NCBI RefSeq assembly: GCF_046105845.1
Contig: NZ_CP151004.1
Direction: 5' to 3' (one strand)
DNA from: Escherichia coli
GTDB lineage: Bacteria; Pseudomonadota; Gammaproteobacteria; Enterobacterales; Enterobacteriaceae
DNA: 64,000 nt
In this document: positions 45,519-54,344 of the stretch, in pieces
Layout of the letters: each line of letters begins with the position of its first letter
Numbering within the stretch: the first letter of the stretch is position 1
The notes under the pieces: generated by a model
Databases searched by the model: none
What the model was told of the DNA's origin: nothing
What the model saw: the letters and a program-made list of their open reading frames with translations, nothing else
Position numbers and translations under genes: made by a program

Positions 45519-46742
45519 TTATGGGATTATATTCTGGTAATGATTTGATAAGCGAATTCTTTTGCCAGTTGGTATTTCTATTTCCACCCCATAATTTATA
45601 GTTTTTTCATCAGGTAGCGATCTCTTTAAATAAGGTGCGCATGACATTTTTTTTGGGTTAAGCGTCTCGCGTTGAAATACTTCGAATTGATATTCAGACA
45701 TTTCTGCCCATGTTTGAATTTTATTGTATCGGGAGAGTGTCGTAAAGGCTTTAACTTGCTTATAACATTGTTTTTTGAATTCTTGCTGATATTTTAATAT
45801 GTCATTGTATGAAATATTGGTTATCCTGGCCTCTAAGAATTTAATTATTGTCGAAGCAATTTCCGCTTTTGCTCGTAAAAAGTTGTCATTAATGGTTAAT
45901 AATGTTGAAAATAAACCTTCGATTTGTTTGTCAAGATATTGTTCGTCTTTATATAATTTGGGGGTAGGGTGTTCTTTATGTGAAAAAATAGTGTCACCTA
46001 AATTTGCGTCAGTGAAATTTATATTAAGTAGATCTTCGAAATAAAACCTTGACAAGGTTAGAACGAACCCGGACAGGTTCTGTCCTGTCATATTGAAATC
46101 AATAAAGTTGGTTCCGGCAAAGACTTTCATCCTGTTTTTATTTTCACTGTGCTCAATATATAACTTCGTCATTTTTTGATACAGGTTTTGAATATCTTTT
46201 ATATTAGTCGGTAAGTCAGCTCGTTGTTCAGCAATAAAATTAGTATCTGAAAACGTGGTTTGGACACTGAATGTTATGGGTATTCCCTCTTCTACGCTAA
46301 TTTTAGTTATGATTGCCTTGTCGGGTTTAGGATTAGCGACAACAATGATTCGACATTCAGCACTTTTGTTCTTTTCGTATCTAATGTTATTAATTTGATT
46401 AAGTAGTCCCTGTGCCTGCCGCGTAAGTGGTGTCGAACTTATCGATTCAATGTTAGTAATAAGACTTACAAGTTGAGCCACAACTTTGGAGTAGTCTGCA
46501 TTTGTATATGTGGTGTTCGTGCGGCACGCATAAATTTGTGGGAGGTGTTTCCGCGCTAAATCATATTGTTCAGGGTTGTATCCTTCTCCAGAGAATGGGG
46601 AATTAATGGGTTGTTGTTCTTCCTGATTATCACAAGGCCACATCGGTGTGTCTGGTGTTTTAACATTGTCGGTATCTGTTGTGCGGTTATAAATATCGCC
46701 GTGATATGTATTTATCATACTTGGGGTAAAGTCAATTGACAT
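45519..46742 (-). CDS. yhiS: YhiS-type hypothetical protein, intact 407 aa; polar N-terminus and a pentapeptide-repeat-like tract
   Basis: ATG at 46742 with SD aagga 6 nt upstream; very AT-rich; no signal peptide or TM segment; central tract [45 protein letters not shown]. Confidence 0.8.
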   Translation of the reverse strand: MSIDFTPSMINTYHGDIYNRTTDTDNVKTPDTPMWPCDNQEEQQPINSPFSGEGYNPEQYDLARKHLPQIYACRTNTTYTNADYSKVVAQLVSLITNIESISSTPLTRQAQGLLNQINNIRYEKNKSAECRIIVVANPKPDKAIITKISVEEGIPITFSVQTTFSDTNFIAEQRADLPTNIKDIQNLYQKMTKLYIEHSENKNRMKVFAGTNFIDFNMTGQNLSGFVLTLSRFYFEDLLNINFTDANLGDTIFSHKEHPTPKLYKDEQYLDKQIEGLFSTLLTINDNFLRAKAEIASTIIKFLEARITNISYNDILKYQQEFKKQCYKQVKAFTTLSRYNKIQTWAEMSEYQFEVFQRETLNPKKMSCAPYLKRSLPDEKTINYGVEIEIPTGKRIRLSNHYQNIIP

Positions 46743-47322
46743 AACATTCCTTATTGTTCATCTATTTCGCTAAATTTTTGTAAATCGGAGAATTAGAGCA
46801 GGAATGGATTTTCTTCTACGCGGAAATAAACACAATGCGCCATATCTTCCTGATATAATTACCTTTAACTTCCCTTTCATTTCCACCCGGTAATATTTGT
46901 GTATAAAAAAAGGGCAGTGATAGTATCGTAAAGGAAAACGTTAACAACTATCAAAAAGCGCTCATTTTAAAAAGTTATGATGTTCTCCGATAGTGTGTGA
47001 AGTGATATTTTTGTGATGTTTTAGATGTGTAATAATGAACCAGGTTAAAGTGTATTTAAAAATGTGTTGTATTGGCGACTGAAATCTGCCCTTTAAAAGG
47101 GGGGATAGCACTGAGACAAAGAGGCATTGCTTCTCCGATAAAATGTCAGAGAAGCATGATTGCGTGGTGATTGTCGATTGATGACTTACTGACGGATCCG
47201 TCATCATTCTCAAAGCATTAGTTAAGTTATTTGTGATTTTTAAGGATTATCCTATCTATGATTTTCTACTCAGAAGGATAAGGCACTCACAATGCTCCTT
47301 ATAGTTTACTGCTGGCATCTAT

Positions 47323-48324
47323 TTAAAATAGCATTTGAGTCAAATAGCCCATCAAGATAGCCATACCTAAGATAACCGTCAGGAATGCAGCTATCATCGG
47401 CATTCTGAACATTGATTTAAGTAATATCACTTCCGTCAGGCTTGCTCCGGCACTGCCGATGATTAATGCCATTAATGCTCCCAGCCCCATTCCTTTTGTC
47501 ATCAGAACAGATGCCAGAGGGATAACCGCCTCTGCCCGGATATACAGCGGAATTCCGACAACGGCGCTCAATGGGATGGCGAAGGGATTATCTGCCCCTG
47601 CATGAGCGGCAATCCACTCTGAGGGAATAAAGCCATAAATAAAAGAGCCTATTAATACCCCTAACAAAAGATATGGCAGTACATCTTTAAACTGTTGCAA
47701 CGCATCTTTGGTGGCTAGTTTTATGGGATTAATACTTACCACAGCTTTGGTACTGCAACAGTTTACTACAGGTTTCTCAATGGCTTTAGCCGCTGGACTA
47801 CAGCAACTCACTTTTATTGGCGTATATGTCGTCCCCGGCGAAGTTTTGGCTGGAGCACAACAATTTGCTGATGAGCTTTTACTGGCAATGATATGACGTT
47901 CAAATCCCAGGGAATCCAGGATAATACTGGCAAGTACGGAGACGCCGGCGGCGATAATCGCGTACAACAAGGTAACTTTCCAGCCAAAGGTCACCCACAT
48001 TAACCCGACGATAATGGGATTAAGTAATGGGGAAACAAATAAAAAAGTGAGGGTCGGACCAAACCCGGCTTTCGCTGATAACAATCCACGTAACATGGGG
48101 ATTGTCGAGCAACTACAGAACGGGGTAACGGCTCCCAACAGAGCAGCCAGGAGATAACCTCTCCCTTTTCTGGCCCCCATCATCTGCTGGATTTTATGGT
48201 CTGGCACCTTTTGTCTTATCAGGCTGACACCGGCACTAATCACTATAAACAGCAAAGAAAGCTCGACGGCGAGAAACACAAACATCTCTGCGGCATCTTG
48301 CAGCATCGCAAGCCAACTACTCAT
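47323..48324 (-). CDS. Cys-rich polytopic permease (DUF318 / ArsP-like, TPFCSCS motif)
   Basis: Start taken at ATG 48324 (MSSWLAMLQ...), which has SD gagg; an alternative ATG lies at 48336. At least 8 hydrophobic segments, motif AVTPFCSCSTIPML, central loop with three CC pairs. Confidence 0.8.
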   Translation of the reverse strand: MSSWLAMLQDAAEMFVFLAVELSLLFIVISAGVSLIRQKVPDHKIQQMMGARKGRGYLLAALLGAVTPFCSCSTIPMLRGLLSAKAGFGPTLTFLFVSPLLNPIIVGLMWVTFGWKVTLLYAIIAAGVSVLASIILDSLGFERHIIASKSSSANCCAPAKTSPGTTYTPIKVSCCSPAAKAIEKPVVNCCSTKAVVSINPIKLATKDALQQFKDVLPYLLLGVLIGSFIYGFIPSEWIAAHAGADNPFAIPLSAVVGIPLYIRAEAVIPLASVLMTKGMGLGALMALIIGSAGASLTEVILLKSMFRMPMIAAFLTVILGMAILMGYLTQMLF

Positions 48325-48349
48325 ACGTAACCTCATTGAATAAATCTAT

Positions 48350-48369
48350 ATTTCCAGAATAATCGAAAT
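48350..48369. promoter_or_regulatory. 20-bp dyad box 1 (ATTTC-N10-GAAAT) in the divergent permease/regulator promoter region
   Basis: atttccagaataatcgaaat; second near-identical copy 37 bp away. Confidence 0.4.
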
Positions 48370-48386
48370 GAAATTCAGATCAAGAT

Positions 48387-48406
48387 ATTTCTGGTATTAT
48401 CGAAAT
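48387..48406. promoter_or_regulatory. 20-bp dyad box 2 (ATTTC-N10-GAAAT), candidate operator of the adjacent ArsR-like regulator
   Basis: atttctggtattatcgaaat; about 25 bp upstream of the regulator ATG. Confidence 0.4.
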
Positions 48407-48431
48407 ATCAACCAGACAAAGGGGGTGTCAT

Positions 48432-48728
48432 ATGCAGTTGGAAGAAGTTGCTAAAGCGCTGAAAGAGCTAGGTCACCCGACCCGTTTGTTCATATTCAAA
48501 CACCTGGTCAAAGCGGGGGAACAAGGTTTGCCGGTCGGTGAGTTGCAAAAGCAGCTTGGGATACCCGGCTCTACACTCAGTCACCATATTTCAGCACTGG
48601 TATCGGTAGGGCTGGTCAAACAAAACCGTGAGAGTCGGACGCTGATGTGTGTTTCGCAATACGCAATGCTGGAAGCGATAATTGAATTCTTACGCGAGGA
48701 GTGCTGCGTAAATAGCAAAATTGCCTGA
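48432..48728 (+). CDS. ArsR/SmtB-family winged-helix regulator, atypical (no CVC site; C-terminal CC pair)
   Basis: 98-aa ORF with ATG and strong SD (aaaggggg); HTH region LGHPTRLFIFKHLV...LGIPGSTLSHHISALVSVGLV; C-terminal EECCVN. Confidence 0.8.
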   Translation: MQLEEVAKALKELGHPTRLFIFKHLVKAGEQGLPVGELQKQLGIPGSTLSHHISALVSVGLVKQNRESRTLMCVSQYAMLEAIIEFLREECCVNSKIA

Positions 48729-48777
48729 TGCGCTACGCGCTACAGATTTCATGCCATATATTGAATTTGCACGGTTT

Positions 48778-48816
48778 TGTAGGTCGGATAAGACGCGTTA
48801 GCGTCGCATCCGACAT
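48778..48816. repeat. REP (repetitive extragenic palindrome) element
   Basis: tgtaggtcggataagacgcgttagcgtcgcatccgacat resembles canonical E. coli REP units (gccggataaggcg...cgcatccggc); lies between convergent genes. Confidence 0.6.
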
Positions 48817-48861
48817 AAACGAAGCGCACTTTACCAACTATCGGCAGTGGATATCGCCGCT

Positions 48862-49287
48862 TTATTTCAGGCGTTTACCCGCTTCATCAACCACTTTCTC
48901 GCCATCTTCCTTGGTGAACGCGCCTTGTTGCGCATTTGGCAGAATTTCCAGCACCACTTCTGAAGGGCGGCACAGGCGAGTTCCCAGCGGCGTCACCACA
49001 ATCGGGCGATTAATCAGAATCGGGTGCTGAAGCATAAAGTCGATTAACTGATGGTCAGTAAATTTATCTTCTGCAAGGCCCAGTTCCTCATACGGCTCGA
49101 CGTTTTTACGCAGCAGCGCGCGTACGGAAATCCCCATATCGGCAATGAGTTTGACCAGCTCATCGCGCGTTGGCGGTGTTTCCAGATAATAGATAATGGT
49201 CGGTTCTGTACCGCTGTTGCGGATCATCTCCAGCGTGTTACGCGACGTGCCGCAGGCCGGGTTGTGATAAATGGTAATGTTGCTCAT
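48862..49287 (-). CDS. arsC: Arsenate reductase (glutaredoxin-coupled) ArsC
   Basis: 141-aa ORF, N-terminal MSNITIYHNPACGTSRNTLEMI with catalytic Cys. Confidence 0.95.
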   Translation of the reverse strand: MSNITIYHNPACGTSRNTLEMIRNSGTEPTIIYYLETPPTRDELVKLIADMGISVRALLRKNVEPYEELGLAEDKFTDHQLIDFMLQHPILINRPIVVTPLGTRLCRPSEVVLEILPNAQQGAFTKEDGEKVVDEAGKRLK

Positions 49288-49299
49288 ATCAATATCTCA

Positions 49300-50589
49300 T
49301 TACAAAGTGAAAGAGAGACGTAGCGCCAGCGCAGCCAGCGTCACAAAAAGCACCGGCAGGGTCATGATAATTCCTGTACGGAAGTAATATCCCCAGCTGA
49401 TAGTCATATTCTTCTGCGAAAGTACGTGCAGCCAGAGTAGCGTAGCCAGGCTACCAATTGGGGTAATTTTCGGTCCCAAATCGCAGCCAATCACGTTGGC
49501 ATAAATCATCGCTTCTTTGATAACGCCAGATGCCGTGCTGCCATCAATGGACAACGCGCCAACCAGTACCGTCGGCATATTGTTCATAATAGAAGAGAGG
49601 AAGGCGGTGAGGAATCCGGTGCCGAGCGTCGCGGCCCACAGGCCGTTTTCCGCCAGCACGTTGAGTACGCCAGAAAGATATTCCGTTAGTCCGGCATTGC
49701 GCAGGCCATAAACCACCAGATACATGCCGAGCGAGAAGATGACAATCTGCCAGGGCGCACCGCGTAGCACCTTACCCGTATTAATTGCATGACCGCGTTT
49801 AGCGACGGCAAATAATATCAGCGCGCCCACTGCCGCAATGGCGCTGACCGGAATGCCGAGCGGTTCCAGGACGAAAAATCCCACCAGCAGAAACAGTAAA
49901 ACAACCCAGCCAGTTTTGAAGGTTGCAGGATCTTTAATCGCTTCTGCGGGAGATTTCAGCAGCGCCATATCGTAGTTCTGCGGAATATCTTTGCGGAAAT
50001 AGAGATGCAACATCACCAGCGTGGCAACAATTGCGGCGATATCCACCGGCACCATCACCGATGCGTATTCGCGAAAGCCGAGGCCAAAGAAATCTGCGGA
50101 AACGATATTCACCAGGTTGGAGACAATAAGCGGCAGGCTGGCGGTATCGGAAATGAATCCGGCCGCCATCACGAACGCCAGCGTAGTGCCTTTACTGAAC
50201 CCTAAAGCCAGCAGCATGGCGATGACAATTGGCGTTAAAATCAGCGCCGCACCATCATTGGCAAACAGAGCTGCAACGGCAGCACCGAGCAGGACAATCC
50301 AGGTGAACAGCAAGCGACCGCGTCCATTGCCCCAGCGTGAGACGTGCAGCGCTGCCCATTCAAAAAAGCCGGACTCATCCAGCAGCAGGCTGATGATAAT
50401 AACGGCAATAAACGCAGCCGTCGCGTTCCAGACGATATTCCACACCACCGGAATATCACCCGGATGTACCACGCCCGTAACTAACGCCAGTACTGCGCCG
50501 AGTGTTGCACTCCAGCCGATGCCTAAACCTTTCGGCTGCCAGATAACCAATACGATGGTCAGGACAAAGATAGCGCCTGCCAGTAACAT
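49300..50589 (-). CDS. arsB: Arsenite/antimonite efflux pump ArsB
   Basis: 429-aa polytopic protein from internal Met ([17 protein letters not shown]...). Confidence 0.95.
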   Translation of the reverse strand: MLLAGAIFVLTIVLVIWQPKGLGIGWSATLGAVLALVTGVVHPGDIPVVWNIVWNATAAFIAVIIISLLLDESGFFEWAALHVSRWGNGRGRLLFTWIVLLGAAVAALFANDGAALILTPIVIAMLLALGFSKGTTLAFVMAAGFISDTASLPLIVSNLVNIVSADFFGLGFREYASVMVPVDIAAIVATLVMLHLYFRKDIPQNYDMALLKSPAEAIKDPATFKTGWVVLLFLLVGFFVLEPLGIPVSAIAAVGALILFAVAKRGHAINTGKVLRGAPWQIVIFSLGMYLVVYGLRNAGLTEYLSGVLNVLAENGLWAATLGTGFLTAFLSSIMNNMPTVLVGALSIDGSTASGVIKEAMIYANVIGCDLGPKITPIGSLATLLWLHVLSQKNMTISWGYYFRTGIIMTLPVLFVTLAALALRLSFTL

Positions 50590-50643
50590 AATGCCTCCCG
50601 GAAAAAACACATGTGCAAATCCATATGTGTTTAGATAAATTTT

Positions 50644-50997
50644 TTAACTACAAATGTTCTTACTGTCTTCGGAACAATTTTGTCGAGCCAGGTTGCGGAC
50701 AATCACCTGAACCTTTTCCTGTTCACATCGCCAGGCCTCATCAATAATTTTCGCCGCCCATGCTGGAATATGCGGTGATAAGCGGTAATGAACCCACTTA
50801 CCTTGCTTGCGATCCAGCAATAGCCCGCTTTCACGAAGAAGCGCCAGGTGGCGGGATATCTTGGGCTGCGACTGATCGAGGGCAGTACAGAGATCGCAGA
50901 CACATAACTCTCCCAGCTCGCTTAGCAGTAAAACGATGCCCAGACGGGTCTCATCAGCAAGAATTTTGAACAGTTGGATGGGTAACAGAAATGACAT
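50644..50997 (-). CDS. arsR: Arsenical resistance operon repressor ArsR (canonical, CVC metal site)
   Basis: 117-aa ORF with ELCVCDLC As(III)-binding motif and ArsR HTH. Confidence 0.95.
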   Translation of the reverse strand: MSFLLPIQLFKILADETRLGIVLLLSELGELCVCDLCTALDQSQPKISRHLALLRESGLLLDRKQGKWVHYRLSPHIPAWAAKIIDEAWRCEQEKVQVIVRNLARQNCSEDSKNICS

Positions 50998-51148
50998 ATT
51001 GCGCTCCTGATTGTTGCCGGTAGTGTCTCTCTTCGAAGCGGATAAGTCAAAAACATATATGACTTAACGAATATGTAAGTGTGGAGAAAGGTATAGATGT
51101 GAATTAAGCGTTGGGTATTCATTTGAAAGGAGGTCTGAATCAGGACGT

Positions 51149-51233
51149 AAAAAAACCGACTTTGCGTCGGTTTTTTACTTTCCAGCCCTGAGTTGGTGGC
51201 TCTGGCTGGAGTGAGAGAGCTCTTATCTAACAG
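51149..51233 (-). ncRNA. agrB: agr-type antisense sRNA repeat (probably agrB), antitoxin of dinQ
   Basis: About 85 nt between arsR and dinQ; minus-strand transcript would end at hairpin ccgacgcaaagtcgg plus U-tract; body is complementary to a dinQ leader segment (ctggccggagtgagagagttcttatctaaca at about 51632-51662); A/B assignment from recalled K-12 order. Confidence 0.5.
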
Positions 51234-51383
51234 TTCAATACTATTAGCCAGTGGCTAACATTGCAAGAATTAGCGATTTCTTCAGCTGGAGAAGGGACAG
51301 TTTGCTATACATGTTGGTGAAAGAGGATTTATATACTTTCATCGGGTCGCTGCCGTACCAAGCCTTGTCCGAATCCGGACGTA

Positions 51384-51467
51384 AAAAAACCGACTTCGCG
51401 TCGGTTTTTTACTTTCCAGCCCTGAGTTGGTGGCTCTGGTTGGAGTGAGAATGCCATCATCTAACGC
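51384..51467 (-). ncRNA. agrA: agr-type antisense sRNA repeat (probably agrA)
   Basis: Second copy of the same repeat and hairpin, 235 bp from the first. Confidence 0.5.
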
Positions 51468-51529
51468 ATCAATGCTAATACCATACTGAAACTATTGCAA
51501 GGACGTGCTGGTTTTATAACCTGCATGTA

Positions 51530-51545
51530 CTGTATGATTATCCAG
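51530..51545. promoter_or_regulatory. LexA (SOS) box at the dinQ promoter
   Basis: ctgtatgattatccag fits CTGT-N8-(A/C)CAG; about 195 bp upstream of the dinQ ORF. Confidence 0.55.
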
Positions 51546-51738
51546 TTAGCTCTGAGGCATTTTCACTCTGGTAATGCGCATAAACGCTTTCAAAGTCCTG
51601 GTCAGAAGTACGGGTGGTGCCGTTAACTGATGCTCTGGCCGGAGTGAGAGAGTTCTTATCTAACAATGAGACATGCGCCGTGACAGGCAGTGGATGAGTA
51701 AGCGGATGCATTCTCACTCCATCGCATGGAGAAAACGG

Positions 51739-51822
51739 GTGATTGATAAAGCAATCATCGTTCTTGGGGCGTTAATTGCGCTGCTGGAACTGATCCGCTT
51801 TCTGCTTCAGCTTCTGAACTGA
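51739..51822 (+). CDS. dinQ: Type I toxin DinQ (27-aa membrane peptide)
   Basis: GTG-initiated 27-codon ORF translating to (M)IDKAIIVLGALIALLELIRFLLQLLN, matching DinQ as recalled. Confidence 0.7.
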   Translation: MIDKAIIVLGALIALLELIRFLLQLLN

Positions 51823-51838
51823 TAGCGGAAACGTAACT

Positions 51839-51868
51839 AAGGGCAAAGAGCACACCACTCTTTGCCCT
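51839..51868. terminator. Hairpin between convergent dinQ and gor (bidirectional terminator)
   Basis: Perfect 11-bp stem agggcaaagag / ctctttgccct followed by ttaacattt. Confidence 0.6.
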
Positions 51869-51875
51869 TTAACAT

Positions 51876-53228
51876 TTAACGCATGGTCACGAACTCTTCT
51901 GCCGCCGTCGGGTGAATGGCGACGGTATTGTCGAAGTCTTTTTTGGTCGCCCCCATCTTCAGCGCCACCGCGAAGCCCTGCAACATTTCATCCATACCAA
52001 AACCAATGCCGTGAATTCCGACAATCTTCTCTTCCGGTCCAACGCATACCAGTTTCATGCGGCACGGCTGGCGGTGAGTGGTGACGGCGGTATACATCGC
52101 GGTGAAAGAGGATTTATACACTTTCACCTGATCGTCGCCGTACTGCTCGCGCGCCTGCGGTTCCGTTAAACCAACAGTACCAATCGGCGGATGGCTGAAG
52201 ACCACGGTCGGAATGTTGCTGTAATCCAGATGCTCATCAGGCTTGTTATTAAACAGGCGTTCAGAGAGACGGCGACCCGCTGCAACTGCCACCGGTGTCA
52301 GTTCCACTGCACCCGTGTTATCGCCCACCGCGTAAATACCTTCAACGTTGGTGTTTTGATATTTATCGACGACGATATAGCCTTTTTCGTTGGTTTTTAC
52401 ACCAGCGGCTTCCAGGTTGATGTTGTCATTGGCAGGCTCGCGACCAATCGCCCAAATCAGGCAATCTACCGTTTCACTGCGACCATCTTCCAGCTCCAGC
52501 GTCAGGCTGCCGTCGGCATTTTTCACCACCGCTTTCGGGATGGCGTTGGTGTGCAGCTGCGGGCCTTCGGCGTTCATCACTTCGACCAGCGTTTCAGAGA
52601 TCATCGGGTCGAAGCTGCGCAGCGGCGCATGTTTACGCACAAACAGATGCGTTTTCGCGCCGAGGCCGTTAATCACGCCCGCCAGCTCAACGGCGATGTA
52701 ACCCGCGCCAACAACCGCCACGCGCTCTGGCAAAGCAGGAAGGGCGAAGAAGCCATCAGAATCAATACCGTATTCCACGCCCGGAATATCCGGGTGGCTC
52801 GGACGACCGCCGGTGGCGATCAGAATATGATCGGCCGTGATGGTTTCGCCGTTTACCTCCAGCGTTTTGGCATCAACGAAGCGGGCAAAGCCTTTGATTA
52901 CATCAACGTTATTTTTACCGAGCACGTTTTCATAGGAAGTATGAATACGGTCGATATAGGCGGTACGGCTGGCGATCAACGTTTCCCAGTTGAATTTATT
53001 TATAGTGGTATCGAAACCATAATCCGGACCGTACATGTGGATCGCTTCACGGATTTGCGCCGCGTGCCACATCACTTTCTTCGGTACGCAGCCGACGTTC
53101 ACGCAGGTGCCGCCCAGCTCTTTGGCTTCAATCAGCGCGCATTTCTGGCCGTACATAGCCGCGCGGTTGATGGAGGCGATACCGCCGCTGCCGCCGCCGA
53201 TGGCGATGTAATCATAGTGTTTAGTCAT
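51876..53228 (-). CDS. gor: Glutathione-disulfide reductase
   Basis: 450-aa ORF with FAD-binding GGGSGG and redox-active [10 protein letters not shown] motif. Confidence 0.95.
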   Translation of the reverse strand: MTKHYDYIAIGGGSGGIASINRAAMYGQKCALIEAKELGGTCVNVGCVPKKVMWHAAQIREAIHMYGPDYGFDTTINKFNWETLIASRTAYIDRIHTSYENVLGKNNVDVIKGFARFVDAKTLEVNGETITADHILIATGGRPSHPDIPGVEYGIDSDGFFALPALPERVAVVGAGYIAVELAGVINGLGAKTHLFVRKHAPLRSFDPMISETLVEVMNAEGPQLHTNAIPKAVVKNADGSLTLELEDGRSETVDCLIWAIGREPANDNINLEAAGVKTNEKGYIVVDKYQNTNVEGIYAVGDNTGAVELTPVAVAAGRRLSERLFNNKPDEHLDYSNIPTVVFSHPPIGTVGLTEPQAREQYGDDQVKVYKSSFTAMYTAVTTHRQPCRMKLVCVGPEEKIVGIHGIGFGMDEMLQGFAVALKMGATKKDFDNTVAIHPTAAEEFVTMR

Positions 53229-53299
53229 GACAGAGTGTCCTTATCGTTGATTACCGCGATTGTAGCGCGAGACGTAATAGGTGCCAGCAATGGCTGCAA

Positions 53300-54142
53300 T
53301 TACTCCGGCACGATCCAGCTTACGGTGGCGTGCCCGGTACCAGCCGGAACCAGTTTGCTGTGCAGCCACGGCAGCACGTTATTCATCTGCTGTTCCAGCT
53401 TCCACGGCGGATTAATCACAATCATGCCGGAAGCGGTCATGCCACGGCGATCGCTGTCTGGCAGTACCGCCAGTTCAATTTGCAGAATTTTGCGAATGCC
53501 GGTCGCTTCCAGGTCGTGGATCATGCGCTTAATTTGCTGGCGCAGCACCACCGGATACCACAGTGCGTAAGTGCCAGTGGCGAAACGTTTGTAACCTTCT
53601 GCTATCCCGCTGACCACCGACTGATAGTCGGTTTTCATTTCATACGGCGGATCGATAAGGATTAAACCACGGCGGGAAACCGGCGGCAGTTTGGCCTTAA
53701 GCTGCTGGAAGCCATCGGCTTTTTCGACGCGCGCACGGCTGTCTTTCTGAAATTCAGAACGCAGCAACGGGTAATCGCTCGGGTGCAGTTCGGTCAGTTG
53801 CAGGCTGTCCTGTTCACGCAGTAACTGACGGGCAATCAACGGTGAACCGGGGTAGTAACGCAACTGACCGCTACGGTTGAAGTGTTTTACCACATTGATG
53901 TACGCCTCCAGCTCCGCAGGCAAATCGTCCTGCTGCCAGATACGGGCGATACCTTCGAGATATTCGCCGGTACGCTCGGCATGTTCGCTGCCTAACTGAT
54001 AACGCCCGGCCCCTGCGTGGGTATCGAGATAGAGAAACGGTTTATCTTTCTCTTTCAGCGACTCGATGATCAGGCTCTGAACGGTATGTTTAAGGACGTC
54101 GGCGTGGTTGCCAGCGTGAAAGCTGTGGCGATAACTGAGCAT
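53300..54142 (-). CDS. rlmJ: 23S rRNA m6A2030 methyltransferase RlmJ (YhiR)
   Basis: 280-aa sequence from internal Met (MLSYRHSFHAGNHADVLKH...), DPPY motif (LILIDPPYE); the ORF extends 17 codons upstream. Confidence 0.9.
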   Translation of the reverse strand: MLSYRHSFHAGNHADVLKHTVQSLIIESLKEKDKPFLYLDTHAGAGRYQLGSEHAERTGEYLEGIARIWQQDDLPAELEAYINVVKHFNRSGQLRYYPGSPLIARQLLREQDSLQLTELHPSDYPLLRSEFQKDSRARVEKADGFQQLKAKLPPVSRRGLILIDPPYEMKTDYQSVVSGIAEGYKRFATGTYALWYPVVLRQQIKRMIHDLEATGIRKILQIELAVLPDSDRRGMTASGMIVINPPWKLEQQMNNVLPWLHSKLVPAGTGHATVSWIVPE

Positions 54143-54344
54143 GGGTAAAGGTGTTCCGGTAAGTAAAAATCGGCCCGTATTCGGGGCGCACAAAAGCCTA
54201 TCAGGACAGTATACCGAAAAGAGGCCGCCGCCGCGAAAGCGTAACGTTTCTCATTGAAATTCACTACACTTAACCCCATGCTACAAACATTATGTAAAGC
54301 GCCTGTTGAGCGCTTCCTTAACCTCTTTAACCAGGACTGCGCTA

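Noticed and set aside
46962-47213. 83-aa minus-strand ORF in the permease-yhiS spacer
   Set aside because: No SD and a His/Ser/Thr-rich composition typical of AT-rich non-coding DNA; the region more likely holds the yhiS promoter.
44554-47322. IS5 or other insertion sequence at the yhiS locus, as I recall for K-12
   Set aside because: No transposase-like ORF or terminal inverted repeats anywhere in the window; yhiS is uninterrupted.
51141-51480. Possible CRISPR-like array, suggested by two near-identical 85-bp repeats with hairpins
   Set aside because: Only two copies (plus a partial match inside the dinQ leader), no regular short spacers and no cas genes; explained by the agrA/agrB antisense RNA repeats.
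52191-53570. 459-aa plus-strand ORF spanning gor and rlmJ on the opposite strand
   Set aside because: Long open antisense frame across two conserved genes; Arg/Ala-rich, no domain-like features, no RBS.
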